A DNA stretch of 63,197 bases, counting the filler, from Octopus bimaculoides (lineage: Eukaryota), in NCBI RefSeq assembly GCF_001194135.2. It is 6 parts of 5 records of this genome, joined end to end, with 100 filler letters (N's around TTAATTAATTAA, not from the genome) between each part and the next. Parts side by side here need not be neighbours in the genome. Positions count along the whole stretch, not along the records: positions 18,648 to 28,073 come from NC_068986.1; positions 28,174 to 46,216 come from NC_068994.1; 4 more parts are not named here. One strand, written 5' to 3'. The notes beneath the pieces are model-generated. The model was not told the DNA's origin, ran no database searches, and saw nothing but the letters and a program-made list of their open reading frames with translations. The translations under genes and the position numbers were made by a program. Below are positions 23,088 to 35,790 of the stretch, one piece after another. Position 1 is the stretch's first letter; each line of letters starts with the position of its first letter.

Positions 23088-24010
23088 GGAAAGAGAATGA
23101 ACCCCAACTTTGTAAATCTGTTCGTTGACTACGTTGAGGCCGAAATATTCTCAGATTTCACTGGTCGTTATATCGATGACTGTAACGGCGCGACCTCATT
23201 CGCCCACGTGCAACTAGATTCTTTGCTCGCTTTTGTCCAATCCTTCGATCCTGCCCTCGAATTCTCCTGCACTATCTCTAACTCTTCCGTCGAATTTCTC
23301 GACATTTCTATCAGAATACACTACTCCGCTCTCACAATTTCCATCCACTAGAAACACACTGACTCACACACCTATCTTATCTTCTCGTCCTCGCACCCTA
23401 TCCACACCAAGTTCTCCATCCTCTACTCCCAATTCCTCCATCTGCACAGGCTCTGCAGTGACAACCATGACTTTGAAACTCAGTGTCAACTCATGGCTCG
23501 CCACTTCATTCTACGCTGATATCCCCTCACCACTATCCACACTGCCCGTACCTGTGCTCTTTCTCCTCGCAACTGCCCCGCGTTTCCCGTCTCCCGTCTC
23601 CCCTCACGTGCCACCCTTCAACCCTGCTCTTCCAACGCACCATTCACCGTACCACTCCATTCGCACATCTTCCCTAATCTACCCCTTCCCTCCTTCAAAT
23701 GATCCCATAACATGCATGGCCTCCTGGTTCACAGTTTCTTCCCTAACCCTACCTCCCAGCTTGGCTTGTTCGCCTGCTCCCGCCCACGCTGTCGGTTCGC
23801 GGAGCACCTCCGAGACATCAGACTCGGCAATGACACTGTCTCGCGCCATTTCCGGTCCACCTGTCATTCGCTACAGCGTCTGTCTGTGTTCAGACCGTCT
23901 TTGCACAGGGGCCATCATGATTCCCGCTTCGCTATGAACAGAAATTTATCTTCTCACTTCGCTCCTTTGCACCACATGGGTTAAACTCACCTCCTCTCTT
24001 CATCTGACAC
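23085..24010 (+). mobile_element. Penelope-like element remnant (RT + GIY-YIG region)
   Basis: MNPNFVNLFVDYVE..GRYIDDC..FVQSFDPALEF..SVEFLDISI..H*KHTDSHTYL.FSSSHP..QFLHLHRLCSD (YxDD RT and thumb motifs), then RFAEHLRDIR....VSRHF (GIY-YIG C-terminal motif). Confidence 0.85.
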
Positions 24011-24399
24011 CAACCTCACCTCCTCGCTTCATTTGATACCAACCCCATACCACTCCACACACACCAGCACTGATTACTTCCCAGCACCCACACTACACAA
24101 CCCCACACAATCTTCGCCACACATACTGTTATATGAGCAACCACACACTCTTTAACTCAGTACACACACCACACACCACCACCACACACCAATACCCACA
24201 CAAGCACATAAAACCTGAACAGAGACAATATATACTCCCACACCCACTCAAGTACATAATACCTGAACACAGGTTATATATATATATACACACGCAACTG
24301 GCATTAACACACGCAACGTACATAGACAAATTAAAAAAAATATATCTTTTTCGTTTTTCATTTGATTTCAGCATGTAATGAGGTAAAATTAATGATTCG

Positions 24400-25080
24400 T
24401 TATTGAAAAAAATTTATTTACCATCGAAACAAAAATAGCTAGTTCTTTTTGAAAAGATTTTGTGCTCTTCCAATAGAAAATAACCGGAGCATTTAATACA
24501 ATATGGATTTACTTGTTTGCACTCATTGTTTTTCTCATTTCACCGGAACAGTATAAATATCTTTTACGAACTGTTTTGTTCGATTTGTCCCATTCGCTGC
24601 ATCTTTTCAAGTTATGGTGGGTACAAGTGCTTGCAGCTCTTGATGTTTTTGTTGGGTGATTGTCCACATCGCAGAATGATTCAAGAACAAATTTTCTAAA
24701 CTCAGCAATCTGCTCTTTCTGTTGATTGTTCTTTCGAAGTATCACAAAAGAATTTACTACGGCTGTGTTGAGCAGGTTTCAAAAGCAATCTTGTGATATC
24801 ATCTGATGCTTTTGCTAAGAGGTGTGAAGTAGCTCGCGATTTGATCAGAGATATCTATTTCCTGTTTCATCGCATTGTAACGAGAATTATTAATGCCTTC
24901 TTTACTTTCTCATCATTCACACTTCGCCCTGTTTCCACGAAGGTCGTGTTTCGGAGATAAAATTAGCACATCACGAATCTCCTTCCACTTTACTACTACA
25001 ATTCCGTCATTTTGTTGTATGCCAATCATTTGTCCTTTTTGGAGCCGTTTAGAATACTTGGTATTGCTAACGTGTATTTA
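24400..25080 (-). pseudogene. piggyBac (PGBD4-like) transposase remnant, C-terminal half
   Basis: Minus frames RLQKGQMIGIQQNDGIVVVKWKEIRDVLILSPKH...YNAMKQEIDISDQIASYFTPLSKSIR*YHKIAFE/LLNTAVVNSFVIL...HHNLKRC. Matches KWKDKRDVxMLSTxH, YNxxKxGxDxxDQ and WYxKxxFxLL..AxxN motifs, with stops and a frameshift. Confidence 0.88.
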
Positions 25081-25159
25081 GGTTTGCTAATTTAGGTTAT
25101 GCTAACTTGCAAATTATAGACAATTAATAATCTGAAAAGAAAGAGACAAGAATTAGTAT

Positions 25160-25475
25160 GCATGTACTCTTTTATTCTCTCTTTTACTCTTTTACTTGTT
25201 TCAGTCATTTGACTGTGGCCATGCTGGAGCACCGCCTTTAGTCGAGCAAATCGACCCCAGGACGTGTTCTTTGAGGGCAAATTACTCTTTTGCCGAACCG
25301 CTAAGTTACGGAGACGTAAACACATCAGCATCGGTTGTCAAGCGATGTAGGGGGGGGGACGCAAACACAGACACAAAAACATAGACACACACATACATAT
25401 ATATATATAGATATATATAAACGACGGGCTTCTTTCAATTTCCGTCTACCAAATCCACTCACAAAGCTTAGGTCG
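25160..25475 (-). mobile_element. SINE family B, head-truncated
   Basis: tttacttgtttcagtcatttgactgtggccatgctggagcaccgcctttagtcgagcaaatcgacccc...tttccgtctaccaaatccactcacaa. Confidence 0.85.
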
Positions 25476-28298
25476 GCATCTATAAAATTTTCACACGACC
25501 TACCTGTGGGTCGTGTGGTATCTAGGATGTGATACGAAATAGGGTACCACATGACCATCCAGTGGGACGTGAGTATCTAACACTACCTATGTGATCCCGG
25601 TGTCACATATGGTAAAGTGTAATAATTTTACGCCGCTCATGTCAAAGGTAATTAAGATATCGTATTGCGACACTGAGATAAAACGTAAAAGGAGGCTCGA
25701 TGCCAACGTTTTAAGTTACGGGGACGTAAACAAACCAGACCTGGTTATCAAGCGGTTGTGTTCGTAGAAATAGATAAAAAGGGGACACATACATTCATGC
25801 ATACATACATACATACATACATACATACATACATACATTGCTGATCTCAAGAACTTCTATGCTTCGGAAAAACGTGAAGTAATTCGTTTTCGGAAGAGTG
25901 GATCTCAAAGCAATAAAGCTATAAATGATATTGTATGAATATTGGGTTAAAAAGAAACCTATAAGATGGAATAAGTAGAGGTTGCCCAATGAACCTGCAC
26001 GCTCAAGCACACACGCAAACAATTTTGTATGAGAAATTTACTCACACACAAAATATTCAAACATACATATACGAGAACTAGGACACATTCACACAAGTAA
26101 ACACACAGAGAAACTTTATTATGTAGAAACACACAGACAGACAAACAGGCAGACAGACAGACACACGCACACAAACAACCCTCACACAAACAAACACACG
26201 TACACAAACACACATACACACAAACAAGCGAACACGCACACAAACACACAGAAACAAACACACACACACGCACGCACGCACACAAACATACGTACCCACA
26301 CACATACGTACACATACAAGAACTAGCATACTGTCAAACACATGCAAATATGCAGCAAAAATTTCTTACACACAACAAACATTCACACACACAGTTGTAC
26401 ACACACACTCATGCAGAAAGATTAGAACACATACTCGCACACACACAAGCACACACAAACGTTTTTACCCGCACACACACACATCCACGCACATACACAC
26501 GCACAAACAAAGAGGCACATACACATGGACGCGCATGCACACAAGAACACATTACATTCTTTGTAACTGCATTGTCATACAGAAGAAACCTCTTGTCCAG
26601 GATGAAGAAAATTTTACAAATTGCTAAGATCCGACAATACTAAAGTGTGAAATGCAGTTTCAGGAAATATGGAAGAGCGAAAAGAGAAAAACAAATAAAT
26701 TTAACAAAAGTGAAATAATGATAAATATTAGATTGGATTTCCATGTGCAAAAAGTAATATAGGAATCAAAAACAAAAATAATGGAAACACAAATATGAAA
26801 AAAAAAAAATAGAAAAATGAAAAACACCAAGAAAAAATAGAAAATGTAACAAGAATCCTNNNNNNNNNNNNNNNNNNNNNNNNNNNNNNNNNNNNNNNNN
26901 NNNNNNNNNNNNNNNNNNNNNNNNNNNNNNNNNNNNNNNNNNNNNNNNNNNNNNNNNNNNNNNNNNNNNNNNNNNNNNNNNNNNNNNNNNNNNNNNNNNN
27001 NNNNNNNNNNNNNNNNNNNNNNNNNNNNNNNNNNNNNNNNNNNNNNNNNNNNNNNNNNNNNNNNNNNNNNNNNNNNNNNNNNNNNNNNNNNNNNNNNNNN
27101 NNNNNNNNNNNNNNNNNNNNNNNNNNNNNNNNNNNNNNNNNNNNNNNNNNNNNNNNNNNNNNNNNNNNNNNNNNNNNNNNNNNNNNNNNNNNNNNNNNNN
27201 NNNNNNNNNNNNNNNNNNNNNNNNNNNNNNNNNNNNNNNNNNNNNNNNNNNNNNNNNNNNNNNNNNNNNNNNNNNNNNNNNNNNNNNNNNNNNNNNNNNN
27301 NNNNNNNNNNNNNNNNNNNNNNNNNNNNNNNNNNNNNNNNNNNNNNNNNNNNNNNNNNNNNNNNNNNNNNNNNNNNNNNNNNNNNNNNNNNNNNNNNNNN
27401 NNNNNNNNNNNNNNNNNNNNNNNNNNNNNNNNNNNNNNNNNNNNNNNNNNNNNNNNNNNNNNNNNNNNNNNNNNNNNNNNNNNNNNNNNNNNNNNNNNNN
27501 NNNNNNNNNNNNNNNNNNNNNNNNNNNNNNNNNNNNNNNNNNNNNNNNNNNNNNNNNNNNNNNNNNNNNNNNNNNNNNGGTGGGGGAAAAGTTCTTTCTA
27601 AGACAGGAGAGTGAAAAAGGGAGATGAATATCTGTGCGTGCGCGAGAGTCTGCGAGTGTGTGTGTCATAACAGAACGTGTGTGTGCGTATATATATATGT
27701 GTGTGTGTGTGTGTGTGCATGGTTTGGTGGTTTATCTGTTAGTGTGTTTGTGTGTGTGTGTGTGTGACGTAGTGGAAGGAATTAGTAGCAGGAATAGTTA
27801 GTGGATGCTTATGGACAGTGTAAGATAGAAGGTCAACAGGCAGTTTTTGAGTATGTGTGTGTTCGTGTGTGTGTTTGTGTGGGGTTGTAGGTGTTGGGTA
27901 CGTGTACGTGTGTGTGTGTATTTTGTATGTGCGCGTGTGTGTATGTGTATGTTTTTGTGCGTGCGTGTGTGTTTGTGTGTATGTGTATGTTGTGTATATG
28001 TGCGTTGCTGTGTACGTGTGTGCGTGCGTTTGCTATTGTACGTGCGTGTGTTGTTTATGCCCATGTGTGTGTGNNNNNNNNNNNNNNNNNNNNNNNNNNN
28101 NNNNNNNNNNNNNNNNNTTAATTAATTAANNNNNNNNNNNNNNNNNNNNNNNNNNNNNNNNNNNNNNNNNNNNATCTTCAACCGGGCCCCTCATTCAAAC
28201 TCCAATGACCAAAGATTAGCATCCTGCTTGAAACTCAGTATCAAGGAATTTGAATCAAACTATTTTAACCCATATATATTTACAAATATATAATATAT

Positions 28299-28351
<53 letters not shown>

Positions 28352-28920
28352 GTCTGTATATTTTGTAAGCAACCCGATCTTTCTAGGTATGAAATGATGT
28401 AACCAGACATGTTCTGAAATTCTGAAGTGTGCGTGTGTGAAGTGCTGACACACTTGAGTTATATCAACCAGTGTTGAGTGTTACTTACGACCTCCATTTC
28501 ATGTCATGGCTTATGTTAACAATGGTAATGATGACGATGGTGGTGGTGGTTGTGATGGTAATGTCGGTTTGTCAATTATTTTCTTGAGATTCTGGAGGAA
28601 ATCCTTAATTGTTTTTCATGCTAAAGAGTTCTTCAAGAAGAAACTTAGAGAACTATGGTCACGTCATTCTATTTTTGATTCATGACCTCATGGCACCTCT
28701 TGTAGTAAGGCTTTCTTTCATCTTGGGGCTGTTCCTACTTAGTTACTGTCTGTCTGTCTGTCTGACTCAGTCTTTGACTCTCCTTCTCTTTCACTATCTA
28801 TCTCTGTTTATTTCGCAGCCACCCATCTCTGTATCAGAATCCCATGGGTGTCCACTATCATTCTGAGAGGGGTGGCTAGGAGATAAACAGGGTTAGATAC
28901 TAGTGTTCACTCACCAAACC

Positions 28921-29100
28921 ATGCTGGTGTCTACTATGAAATTGTGGTACATGCTGGTGTCTGCTATGAAATTGTGGTACATGCTGGTGTCTACTACGAA
29001 ATCGTGGTACATGCTGGTGTCTACTACGAAATCGTGGTACATGCTTGTGTCTTTTACGAAATTGTGGTACATGCTGGTGTCTGCTATGAAATTGTGGTAG
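28921..29100. repeat. 30-bp minisatellite, six copies
   Basis: Unit atgctggtgtct(a/g)cta(t/c)gaaat(t/c)gtggtac at 28921, 28951, 28981, 29011, 29041 and 29071, with no spacers. Confidence 0.95.
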
Positions 29101-29779
29101 AGAGGGGTGATTCATACTGATGATTTCAATTAGTTAAATTTTTTGGCAAATTTTAATAAAATAACAGAATGGGATTGGAAGTGTTTATCAGCCCTTACCT
29201 ATATTTGCATTGTTTTTTTTTCTCTTATATATAGGTTCTAGGCCAGTCATAACTGAACAGTGGCCCACAGGATTTCCTGAATGGAATGCCTAATGAAAGA
29301 TTACCTTCAGTTGCTTTGGTAGTGTGGCCCCACCTAGTGGTGAGCCATGTCTCAAGCAGCTCACTTCTTGGAAAATGCCATAATTCTTACTTATCCTGTG
29401 GAAAATATTGGAATTCCCAAGGAGGGAAAATCTGAAATGTGAAAGGATTAAACTGACAATAGTACAGACCACTGAGCCATTTTTCTCTCCGTTTGACAAC
29501 GTGCCAGCATGGTTGGGCATAAGCATTGTTGTATGATTGAGAAGTTTGCTTCACAGTTGCATAGTTTTGTGTTCAGTCCTTTTGTGTGGCACATTGGGCA
29601 AGTGTCTTTTATAGGCTTCAGGCTCACTAAAACCTTACGAGTGGACTTGGGAAGACAACAAAAGAAAAAAAAAAAAAAACCCTGTAAGAAGCCCCCCCCC
29701 CCTCTCTCTCTCTGATTATAACGTTATGTTATGTCATTCATTTCTGATATTCTGCAAAAGCATCTGACCATCATGGGAG

Positions 29780-29910
29780 GAAATATTACCTTGCATAGAA
29801 ACGGGGAGAGGTTGGCGATAAGGAGATCCTCCAGCCATAAAAATTCTGCTGCAGTAAACCCTGTCTAATCTGTACAAGCATGGAAAAGTGGACGTTAAAA
29901 TAACGATGAG
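29780..29910 (+). mobile_element. RTE-type 3' tail fragment
   Basis: caagcatggaaaagtggacgttaaaataacgatga. The same tail occurs at 14.9, 41.35, 44.37 and (reverse) 61.62 kb. Confidence 0.6.
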
Positions 29911-30289
29911 CTTTTGTTTTGTATTTTTCATAGCTCATACAGTTCTCTGTTGTTGGCTTGTGTCCAAATCATACAAGTACTTAAAACAATGAGTACTTGT
30001 TTAGAGATGAAATTTGACTGCTGTATTTAGTGACCTGATTGACTCACATCCTCAATTCATGTCCTTGGAGGTCAAGAGAATGTAATGTGATCCTGATAAT
30101 TAGTATAATGGGGAAAACTAAGGCTAGTCTATTTTGTAGTCTGGATATTTGATATTTGCTCTGACTGGATATTTGCTCTGACTTTAAATCAATCCATAGA
30201 TCTCTTTGGCTGTCCACAGGTGTGTTTAAGCATGCAGCAGCGGCATGAGTGCATTTACGCAACACCTGCACAGGTGTGATTTTACTTAG

Positions 30290-30480
30290 CTTAATATGTC
30301 TTATCGAGTACAGCAAATCACCACATTCCCCGGCCCCTTATCATTTCCTCAGTGAGGCCAAGCGTCCAAGATCCTTTCTCACCACTTTGTTCCATGTCTT
30401 TCTGGGTCTACCCCTTCCACAGGTACCCTCTGCAATTAGACCCTGGCACTTCTATCTGCAGCAGTTTTCATCCTTATGCA
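30290..30480 (-). mobile_element. RTE LINE ORF 3' end
   Basis: Minus frame AEGTCGRGRPRKTWNKVVRKDL, the RGRPRKTW motif of the RTE C-terminus. Confidence 0.75.
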
Positions 30481-30803
30481 GCTATCCTCATCCAGACGCA
30501 GCTGTTCTCATGTTCATGCAGAAACGTTTGTTAAAAACTGTGTGCAACCATGACGGATGGATTGTACCGGTAATACAAACAGGTCAGCCTTGTCTTACAC
30601 CGTGTCATACTGATTCTGTCTGGGGATTACTTTCAGTACAAGCGTCCACTAAATAACTCTGCTGCTAGAAAGAGCCCAGTTGATTAAACAACTGGGATAC
30701 TCCTCTTTGAAACTGACAGAGGTCCGTCTTTTAAAATTTATTTATTTATTATTTTTTTTTTGCACTTGTATGTCTGTGTGTCACCAGCAACTTGAGAAAC
30801 TGC

Positions 30804-30845
<42 letters not shown>

Positions 30846-31129
30846 NNNNNNNNNNCTTTGGGTGGAATAAAATTTCATTGAGCTAAGCTTTTTGAAAAGA
30901 CAAATGGATTGTGTGTACTGATGTGTGTGTGTGTGTGTATACTCACATACACAGATGGAGGAGGCTGGGAAAGTTTCCTTAATCATAAATTTAAAACATT
31001 TTAATGAGATTTCCAGTTCCATTGCTCTTAGGGTTATGATTGTGATGATGTTATTAATGGCAGTGGTGGTGGTTGTGGTGGTGATTGTGATATTGCCGTT
31101 GGTTGATGATGATGATGATGATGATGATG

Positions 31130-31730
31130 GAAGTGTACGTGTTCTTTAGCTGCAAGTCATCCCTAATCGAGCCGACATACAATCAAAACCATTCCACTCA
31201 TGATCATCCCACCGTTTCCCAATGCATTGGGTACCCAGAATCTTGCTATCCGATATGTTTTTCTCTAAGATAGTTGTGTATGATTTGAGGGATTTCAGCT
31301 GCTGTTTCTAGCAGTTCAAAAGACTCTCTTGGTGCTTAGCAATGTTGTCACTGCTGATAAAAGCAAACCTCTGATCGAAGACATTCCTGCCATGCCCATC
31401 ATGTCTTTATGTAAGTGCAGGGTACTTGGCCCTTTATACCACCCTTTTGTTTGACGGCCAGCAGGGTGTTAATAGTAATGTATGATTTAAGGGATTTAAC
31501 TATTATTTCTAGCAGTTCAAGAATTTTGACCCTTAGCATGTTGTTCTTACTGCTGTTTAATCTGAAGTCAGTGCTGATCAGCAGACTTGATCAAAGGCAT
31601 TCCAGCCAGGACCATCCTGTCTTTTTGTTTATGCAGGAATCCTGTTCCTTCATCTCACTCATATTTTGGCAACAGTGTGATTTGAGAGGTTCAGGTTGCT
31701 ATTTCTAGCAGGTTGAGCGACCACATTGTT
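31130..31730 (+). repeat. Three degenerate tandem units of repeat family C (about 200-bp period)
   Basis: Repeated cattcc(a/t)gcca.g.ccatc.tgtc ... tgatttgagg...gct(g/a)tttctagcagtt at about 31190-31320, 31380-31520 and 31590-31725. Confidence 0.65.
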
Positions 31731-33895
31731 ACTTGTTGGCTTGTGATGATGATGAAAGTAAACGTGAGTGGTGATTGATGATGAAGGTCATGATTGATGA
31801 TGGTGGCAGTGGAGGTGGTGGTGTTGATGGTGGTGGTAGTCTTGGTGGTAGCTGAAACAGCACTAGTAATGGTATCACTTGTCCAAAAGTGGAGGAGTCA
31901 AGGTGTTCCATACCCTACACACACACACACACATGCATGTATGCATACATATACACAAGCACGTGCATGTATGCACATGTACAGATCTGCACACACGTGC
32001 ATGCACATACACATGTGTACAGACACATTCACATGTGAATACACACACACACACACACACACCTTCCAACCTCAAATTAGATTTGGGTTCTTATCTCCTG
32101 TTTGTGTAGCAGCTGTGTTTGTGAGGTGTGTGAGTGGAGTGAAGGTGTGGTGTGTGAGTGGAGTGAAGGTGTGGTGAGTTGTGTGTGTTTTTTGAGTTCC
32201 TCAAGACACTGAAAACTTGGCATGTCGCTCTTAGTTATGATGTCATAGGGGCTGTTGTGGAGATGCAATCCGGAATCTCTCTCTCTCCTCCTCTGCTACT
32301 TATGTAGCCGATAAGTCAGGTTTCCCCCCCCACCGTTTTTCTTTCATAGGTCAAGAGGCAGATGGGGGTGGATGGGATGGGTGGATGGCTATGGTAGCAT
32401 CTGTGTGTGTATGTGTGGTGATAGTGGCATCCTGTGTGTGTGTGTTTGGATGCTGTGGCAAGGTGTATATCCGTGTGTGGTCTGTTGGAAAGTTAGTATA
32501 TTGCTAGTCTAACATCCTATCCATGAGATCAATTACTTCTTATGCCTGTCTGGGAATTGAAACCACAATTTTGCAATTGTGATTGCAACACCCTTACCAC
32601 TAGGTCAAGCGTCTTCACTCTTCTACATATACTCGAGAGAAATCTGGCTGTTATTTCCAGCAGGCTGCAAGCGCTGTGTGAGGGCTCCGTCGAGTCGAAG
32701 GGCGTGTGTTTATAATCTGTGAGGACAAAGTGAAAATTTGGAGTAGGGTAATGATTGAGATTTGAACCTTGTTGTAACAGAAATTTGCTAGAGGATGTTC
32801 AGAGAATGTAGGTGGGGGTGGCCCCCCCCCCGTGTGTTGACACAAAAAACACTGTTCTGTCACAATTTGATGGTTAGGCTGATAATTGCTAAGGGTGGCC
32901 TCATTTCTGAAGCAGAATCTGTTAAATATGTTCTTTTAGCCCCACCAAATCTCACCCACTTCTGACTCTTGTACTACTTTTAGTTTGAGTTCTTTGTTGT
33001 TTTTTTTTTTTTTTTTGCTTTTGGTATTTTACTTTTCCTCATTGTTTCCATTTGGTTTTTGAAGTTAAGCCCTCTCTCTCGCCGTCTCTCTGTCTGTTTC
33101 TCTTTCTCTCTGTCTCTNNNNNNNNNNNNNNNNNNNNNNNNNNNNNNNNNNNNNNNNNNNNNNNNNNNNNNNNNNNNNNNNNNNNNNNNNNNNNNNNNNN
33201 NNNNNNNNNNNNNNNNNNNNNNNNNNNNNNNNNNNNNNNNNNNNNNNNNNNNNNNNNNNNNNNNNNNNNNNNNNNNNNNNNNNNNNNNNNNNNNNNNNNN
33301 NNNNNNNNNNNNNNNNNNNNNNNNNNNNNNNNNNNNNNNNNNNNNNNNNNNNNNNNNNNNNNNNNNNNNNNNNNNNNNNNNNNNNNNNNNNNNNNNNNNN
33401 NNNNNNNNNNNNNNNNNNNNNNNNNNNNNNNNNNNNNNNNNNTGTCTGTCTGTCTGTCGTTTTTGTCTGTCTGTCTGTCGTTTTTGTCTGTCTGTCTGTC
33501 GTTTTTGTCTGTGTTTGCCTCTCTGTGTACGTATCTGTCTCTCTCTTGTCAGTCTGTTTGTTTCTGAGTGTCTGAGTAATCTATCTACCCAAAACACATG
33601 CACTCACACACACACACATACTCTGCATGTTTGTGTTTTGTCTACATCTTTCCTGCCGTGCGTCTCTCTTCTCCTCAGTGCACGCTCCCCCACCACTCAC
33701 CCTCTGGCTTCCCTATCTCCTTTCCTCTCTCTGTCTCTTTCTCCCTTTCTTACCCCTCCCTCACTCACTCTCTCCCTTTCTCACATCCCTCTCTGTTTTT
33801 CCTTCGGTATTTGAATTTTTATTCTCTAACATGTTCCCAATAATGTTTTTGCTGTTGTTGTTGTTGTTGTTGGTAGAAGTGGTAGTCATAACTAT

Positions 33896-34634
33896 GATAG
33901 CATGCTGGCAGAATTATTAAGCATGTTGGGCGAAATGCTTAGTGCTGTTTCTTCTGGCTTGACATCCCAAGTTCAAATTCTCTTGATGTCAACTTTACCT
34001 GTCATCCTTTTGGGGTTCAATGAAATAAGTACCAGTTAATCACTGGAGGTGAAGTAATTGACTAGCCCCATCCCAAAATTTCAGGCCCTGTCCCAAGGAT
34101 TATTAATTGTTATGAAGAAAATTCTACTGTGGTCAACTTTGCTTTTTGTCCTTTCAGGGTTGATAAAATAAGTACCAGTTGAGCAGTGGGGTCCATGTTA
34201 TCTCCTGGCCCTTCCCGCTAAACTTCAGGCCCTGTGCCTATATTAGAAAGAATTATTATTATTATCATTAATCAACACGACTTTTGATACGTCAACATAT
34301 TATTCTCTCTGTCTGGTCTCGTGTCAGTCATTAATACATCTTTAAAATAAAATGTAAAAAAGAATAATAATAATAAAAAGTTAAAACTGTTTTTCTTTCA
34401 CAGACTTCTATTTTTGTATGATTTTTTTAATTAATGTCTATTTCACATGACCACAGTGAAAACAAATGAGTTTTCCAATAGAATATGCGTAATAAATGCT
34501 TTTAGTTGTGGCATGCAGCTCGTGGTGTTATGATAGCCAGTTATTCCCATGACTGAATGGAAGTATAAACATGAATAAACTCATTGAATTCGTTAAGAAA
34601 CACATGTAAATATAAATGGACAGAATGTCTTTTG

Positions 34635-34667
<33 letters not shown>

Positions 34668-34955
34668 AATTATAGCAGCTCCAATTAAAGAAAAGGTGGT
34701 GAGCTGGCAGAACTGTTAGCACGCCGGGCGAAATGCTTAGTGGTATTTCGTCTGCTGTTACATTCTGAGTTCAATTTCCGCCGAGGNNNNNNNNNNCTGA
34801 GTTCAATTTCCGCCGAGGTCGACTTTGTCTTTCATCCTTTCAGGGTTGATAAATTAAGTACCAGTTACGCATTGGGGTCGATGTAATCGACTTAATCCCT
34901 TTTCTCTGTCCTTGTTTGTCCCCTCTATGTTTAGCCCCTTGTGGGCAATAAAGAA
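33896..34955 (+). mobile_element. Cluster of SINE family A copies (33896-34100, 34120-34260, 34692-34955)
   Basis: Family A head and core motifs. The last copy has the alternative tail tccttgtttgtcccctctatgtttagccccttgtgggcaataaagaaataag. Confidence 0.8.
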
Positions 34956-35004
34956 ATAAGAATTAAAACGGCTGAAGTTCCTCACCACGAGTAGCAGTGT
35001 TACG

Positions 35005-35146
35005 AAGCCATGTGACTTAGTGGTTTGGATATTTGGGTCACAATCATACAGTCGTGGCACCTTGGGCAAGTGTCTTCTACTATGGCCTCAGGTTGACCAA
35101 AGCCTTGTGAGTGGATTTAGCAGACGGAAACTGAAAATAGCCCGTC

Positions 35147-35193
<47 letters not shown>

Positions 35194-35389
35194 TATATAT
35201 ATGTATGTATGTGTGTGTATATGTTTGTGTGTGTGTTTACGTCCCCGTAACTTAGCGGTTTGGCAAAAGAGACCGATAGAATAAGTACTAGGCTTACAAA
35301 GAATAAGTCCTGGGATCGATTTGCTCGACTAAAAGGCGGTGCTCCAGCATGGCCGCAGTCAAATGACTGAAACAAGTAAAAAGAAAAGA
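35005..35389 (+). mobile_element. SINE family B
   Basis: gtcgtggcaccttgggcaagtgtcttctactatgg...(TA)n...ggcggtgctccagcatggccgcagtcaaatgactgaaacaagtaaaaag. Confidence 0.88.
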
Positions 35390-35489
35390 GGCAAATGGGT
35401 AATTAACTTGTACCTGAGAATTACCTGACAGTAATATCCTTCGTTAGTTAATTAGTGAATCTCAAAGAAATCATTTGTGACTACCTTTT

Positions 35490-35790
35490 ACTTATTTCAG
35501 TCATTGGACTGTGGCCATTTTGTCAGTCTCTTATAGTGAATCACTAAGCTATGGGGCTGTAAACAAACCAACACTGATTGTCAAGTATGGTAGGACAAAA
35601 TACACACACACACACACACATAATGGGCTTCTTTCAGTTTCCATCTACCAAATCCACTCATGAGGCTTTGATTGGCCTGACGTAGTAAGTACAGTAATGA
35701 CATTTGTTCAAGGTGCCGTACAGTGGGATTGAACCTGGAACCATGTCGTTGGGAAGCAAATTTCTTACCTCACAGCCATGCCAGCACCTA
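35490..35790 (-). mobile_element. SINE family B, inverted relative to the 35005 copy
   Basis: tttcagtcattggactgtggccat...ttccatctaccaaatccactca...caaggtgccgtacagtgggattgaacctggaaccatg. Confidence 0.8.

Noticed and set aside
23233-23937. 234-aa Ser/Pro-rich ORF
   Set aside because: Alternative frame of the C-rich Penelope-like remnant. The homologous frames contain stops and frameshifts.
28921-29100. 30-bp repeats as a CRISPR array
   Set aside because: The units are directly adjacent with no unique spacers, there are no cas genes, and the context is eukaryotic.
34765-34818. Perfect 22-bp duplication within a SINE, around a 10-N gap
   Set aside because: Same assembly-overlap artefact, not a TSD.
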